Part shown: one piece after another, positions 59,931-64,000 of the stretch
Layout: every line of letters starts with the position of its first letter
Position numbering within the stretch: position 1 is the first letter of the stretch
Assembly: GCF_009914755.1 (NCBI RefSeq)
Contig: NC_060929.1
Length of the DNA: 64,000 nt
Strand: one strand, 5' to 3'
Origin: the human T2T-CHM13v2.0 reference genome, Homo sapiens
Notes under the pieces: generated by a model
The model's database searches: none
The model's input: only the letters and a program-made list of their open reading frames with translations
What the model was told of the DNA's origin: nothing
Position numbers and translations under genes: made by a program

Positions 59931-60282
59931 TGTCTTAGTCTGTTCAGGCTGCTGTAACAAAATATCATAGACTGAGTAGCTCATAAACAACAGAAATTTA
60001 TTCCTCAGAGTTCTAGAGGCTGGAAAGTCCAAGATCAAGGTACCAGCAGATTCAGTTTCTGGTGAGGGCCTGTTTCCTGGTTCCTAGATGACACCTCACA
60101 TGGTGGAATGGGTAAAGGGTCTCTTACTCATGTATTCACACAGTGGAAGGGATAAGGGGTCTCTCTCAGGCCCTCATGAACTTGTCATCTCCTGAAGGCC
60201 CCATCTTCTAATACCATTGCCTTGAGGGTTAGGATTTCAACATACAAATTTGGGAGAGAGACAAATATTCATACCATAGCAA
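59931..60282 (-). mobile_element. MLT1A-like LTR
   Basis: 'tgtcttagtctgttcaggctgctgtaacaaaat...attcataccatagca'. Confidence 0.88.
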
Positions 60283-60398
60283 CCTAAGACCCAATGTCTA
60301 TAAACTTGTTCATTCTTTTTTAGGAAATTTTTATATGTGGTAGTCAAACAAGTTAATAAGTACCAATCTTTTTATTGTCTTTAAAAAGAAGACTATGT

Positions 60399-60627
60399 CT
60401 TTGAGAGGCCGAGGCAGGAGGATTAGTTGAAGTCAGGAGGTCGAGACCAACCTGGCCAACATGGCAAAACCCTGTCTCTACTAAACATAAAAATTAGCTG
60501 GGCATGGTGGCGCCTCCCTATGATTCCAGCTACTCAGGAGGCTGAGGCAGGAGAATTGCTTGAACCCAGGAGGCCGCTGCACTCCAGCCTGAGCAACAGA
60601 GTGAGACTGTCTCAAAAAAAAAAAAAA
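60399..60627 (+). mobile_element. 5'-truncated Alu with an internal right-arm deletion
   Basis: 17-bp TSD aaaaagaagactatgtc (60383-60399 and 60623-60639); deletion junction aggaggc|cgctgcactcc. Confidence 0.92.
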
Positions 60628-61419
60628 GAAGACTATGTCAACATAAGAATTTTTTTTTTCAGTTCTCATAATACCAGTAGGATATAGCTTTTCTTGAGAA
60701 AGTAATATAAGTTAAATATAAACTAAGCAACTAAATATTAGAACTATAAGTTTCTTAAAATAATTTCCTGTTACTGTTTCCCTGCCCATCTACTTGACCT
60801 CAAGAATATTACCCTTGGGATTGACTTATTTCTTTTTTTCTTTCCTTTTTCATTCTTTTTCTTTCAAAACGTATGTTACACTTTAATAAAGCAAGATTTG
60901 AAGAACTAAAATAGCCTTCTGTCTAATTACAATAATGTTTTAAAGAAACATTGAACTCTTACATTTAAATCTTTACAAAGTAAATGGAGTAATTTTTTTT
61001 TCAAGCAGGCACCTCAGAATATTCCAGAATATTCGTTTCTATTACATATGCTTTTTCTAACTTGAGTAGGAGTTGATATAGAACTGTTGCTATGGTGAAG
61101 TGCATTCTATTTTTCAGGGTAAAAATTTATATATAGGGATAGTGTTGAGAAAGAACTTACGTAAAATTCAATTTAAAATATTTTATGGATGTTAATTATA
61201 AAATATACCCTGAAAATAATTTCAAAGTTAAATGACATTGTTGTTTTTGATAATCATGTGGTTTTAAGAACTGGTGCTTTGTACATGTAACTATAAGTAT
61301 ACTTTTCTGTATTCTGTATTACATGAACTTATTATAGTGCTTCTGAATAAGCCAACTTTCTGCCCGCTTTTCCTCTCCCAGTTTTAAGAATACTTTTTAA
61401 AATACTCTTTCTTTTTGTC

Positions 61420-62030
61420 CCCTTCCTTGATTCACTATATAATCCAAGCATTTATACATGTGGTCACCGCTGGAGCTCCCTCCTCCACCCTGCCCACCTC
61501 CATGGATTCTCTACTCTGCAGCCACAGGGCTTCTGGAACGTGCCATGCCACTCTCCCTTTTGAATTCATACTTCACACTCCAGCCAGATTGGACTTCATG
61601 CCGTTCCCAAGTCACTGTGCCTCTGGGACTTGGCAGATGGTTTTCCCTCTGCTTAGAATGTCATCTTTCCCCACCCCACCCACTCCCGCCTCACACACTC
61701 CAACATCCACCCACCCAACACCCACCCGACTCCCCAGCTCTGGCTTGTTCAAGTCTTGCCTTGGATGTCAGCTCTTGCACTCAGCCTTCCTTTGCCCAGC
61801 TGGGATGGGTAACCCTCTCACATACCCTCGCCACTCTATTTCTCCACATCTCAGTACTTATTCCACCAAATTATAATCATTCTTTTTTTATCTGCCTTTC
61901 CCAGTGGACTGTAAGCATGAAGAGAACAGGGACTACATCTCTGTCACCTATGTGTAATCCCAGGATCAGTCACAGTTCTCTGGCACATAGCTGGCACCTA
62001 ATCAGATTTAATAAATCAGTAAGGATTAGC
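61420..62030 (+). mobile_element. L2 fragment with C-rich tract
   Basis: 'cttcacactccagccaga' and 'gactgtaagc...ctggcacatagctggcacctaat' L2 3' motifs. Confidence 0.65.
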
Positions 62031-62307
62031 TAGAAGCCTTCAGCAGTCTCCAAGTCTCACTTGAAATTTTTGCCTTTTATTTTCTACACAAAATGTTTTT
62101 TTTCAGGATATTATATGGGGATTGCCCCAATTTACAGAATAATTTTACTGTCAAACTAAAAGGGAAATTTGGGATCTTTTAGTGTAACCACGTCTTCATA
62201 CTTCTGAGTAAACTATGGTTCAGAAAGGGGAAATGATCTGCCAGAGGTTGCTCAGGTTGGGTCGTCTTGAACTGTTTCCCAAAACATAAACATATTTTAA
62301 GGCAAGC

Positions 62308-62533
62308 CAGTGCTTTCCAACCTTTTTCACTTTGCATCACACAGAAAATGATAGTATTTTAATGGAACACTGGATTAAAAGGAGAAGGAAGAGGTTGCTC
62401 AGAGGCCAAGGAGGCTGGCCCAGGGACTGTGGCCGCCCCAGCCCCACCCACCACCTGTGGGTTAAGGGGTCAGTATCTTGGCACCCCTGTCACCTTGTGA
62501 GGCAGCCCAGGACTGCTGCTTAGGGAAACCCCA
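62308..62533. mobile_element. MER112-like hAT-Charlie element
   Basis: 'cagtgctttccaacctttttcac...agaaaatgatagtattt...ggccgcccc'. Confidence 0.6.
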
Positions 62534-63654
62534 GCGAACCCACTGCAATCTCAACTCTCCCAGGATTGTTTGTTAAACCAAATGACTCTTTTTTTTTTAG
62601 TGGATGGATTTTCAACAGCAGTTAAAGTCGGGGTTTTCAGTTCATTTGTAGGGTTTTTGTTTTTAGTATAAAAAATATAAATTTCAACTAATGGAGGGGA
62701 GGGGAAAGAGTGGTTGACAGCTTCTCAGTTTGTTGGGTGGGAAGAAAATGAGTCAAACGTGCACAACAGGAAGATTCCCAGGAAGCACTCGAACCCTGTA
62801 GCTCTCTAGCCCAAGCAGAATTCACAGCCCAGGTGTTTTATTGCTGGGGCAGGGTAGACATTGAGATGCTAGTCACAGTCCCTTCTTGTGAGATCAAGAT
62901 GGGCCTAGGGTGCTTCAGTCATTAGCTCCGCATGTGGTATGGAATGGGTGCTCACACATTTGTTACATGAACAAGTGCTTGAAGCTGGTAAAGATGAGGA
63001 CAGATTTCCCAATTCCTTCCCTTATCTCAGTACAAATAATGTCTAGCTGGCCCAGAAATACTTGCTTTGGCTGTATAAAAGTTTAAAAGACTAGTTACAG
63101 TAATATTCATAAGCTGTTGACAATTTGTGCCTAATTACCAAGTGGAACAGTAATAATACATACCATAAAATATGTCTGAGCTTTAAGCTTAATTTAATTC
63201 CATGGCTAAATTATATTCTCACAGATTCTGCTGTAAAGGTGTTTTTCACATAGCATGATCTTTGAATCATGAGCCCATGGATTAAAATTCTAGGAAACAT
63301 TAATGGCAATTGAATATTGTTTTCTTGTCAGTCCTTTCCTCTGGTTCTCCTCTCTCCTGCTTCTGAAACAATGGATAGAGAAGGACATTTGTCTGATAAA
63401 GTGTTCTGACCTGCACTGCTGTCTCTGCCCAGAATGGCCCTCCCCTCTCTTCTTATCTCTTACCTGTCTGCATTGATTGGACTCACACTGTTCCTGCAGG
63501 ACCCAACAAAACACTGCCTCTTCCTGAGAGCCTTCACCATCCTCTGGCCAGAAAAAATCCCTTTCTATTCAAGCACTTTCTTTGCTCTGTTTTTAAAGCT
63601 CTCACATACTACTTTTGTTACACAAGTGTAGTGGGAAAGTGGCTCACAATGGTA

Positions 63655-63780
63655 GGAGATTTAAATTAAAATCCTGCTCTGCTGTCATTTCACTCTCATT
63701 TTGGATAGACCACGATTACTTGCTGGGCCTTAGTTTCCTCATCTGTAAAAGGAGGTGGTTAAGCTGGGTCACAGCCAGCC
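63655..63780. mobile_element. MIR
   Basis: 'tgggccttagtttcctcatctgtaaaa'. Confidence 0.7.
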
Positions 63781-64000
63781 CTCACACCCAGGGGAATGTA
63801 AATTGGGCAGGATCCAGGTGTTGGAGGGATTTAAGTCCTGACTTTGGCATCTCAACATGCAGCTGGTGCCGCTCTCCAGCTTCATTTTCCCTCTTTCTGT
63901 TTCTAGTTCACCTTGGGTTAAAAGTGCAAAGATTTGGCTGAGAGCTCGTCTGGAGGAGGCTTTGACTCAAGAGTCTCTTACCATAACCTGCTGTTGATTG

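Noticed and set aside
61415-62033. 191-aa and 153-aa overlapping ORFs
   Set aside because: They lie in a C-rich decayed L2 where stops are scarce; low-complexity Pro/Ser/Thr content and no recognisable domain.

Overview
Human (primate) genomic DNA from inside the mismatch-repair gene MSH3 (+ strand). Nine coding exons (85, 110, 133, 188, 169, 65, 117, 108 and 112 bp; recalled as exons 11-19) splice by GT-AG into one open frame running from [25 protein letters not shown] to [29 protein letters not shown], ending just before the ATPase Walker A exon. The introns carry about 20 Alus, L1/L2/MIR fragments, several LTRs, DNA-transposon fossils (HSMAR2, Tigger, hAT, piggyBac-like) and an antisense processed SKP1 pseudogene. 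The most unusual object is at 49930-50831: one TSD-bounded insertion made of an inverted 5' half of tRNA-Arg(ACG) fused to a young L1PA 3' end. Also notable are an apparent L1-patched deletion at about 15690-16460, a compound TTTTA/TGTTA Alu-tail repeat, and a candidate TDP-43-type cryptic exon. Repeat family names come from recalled consensus sequences, and repeat boundaries are approximate.
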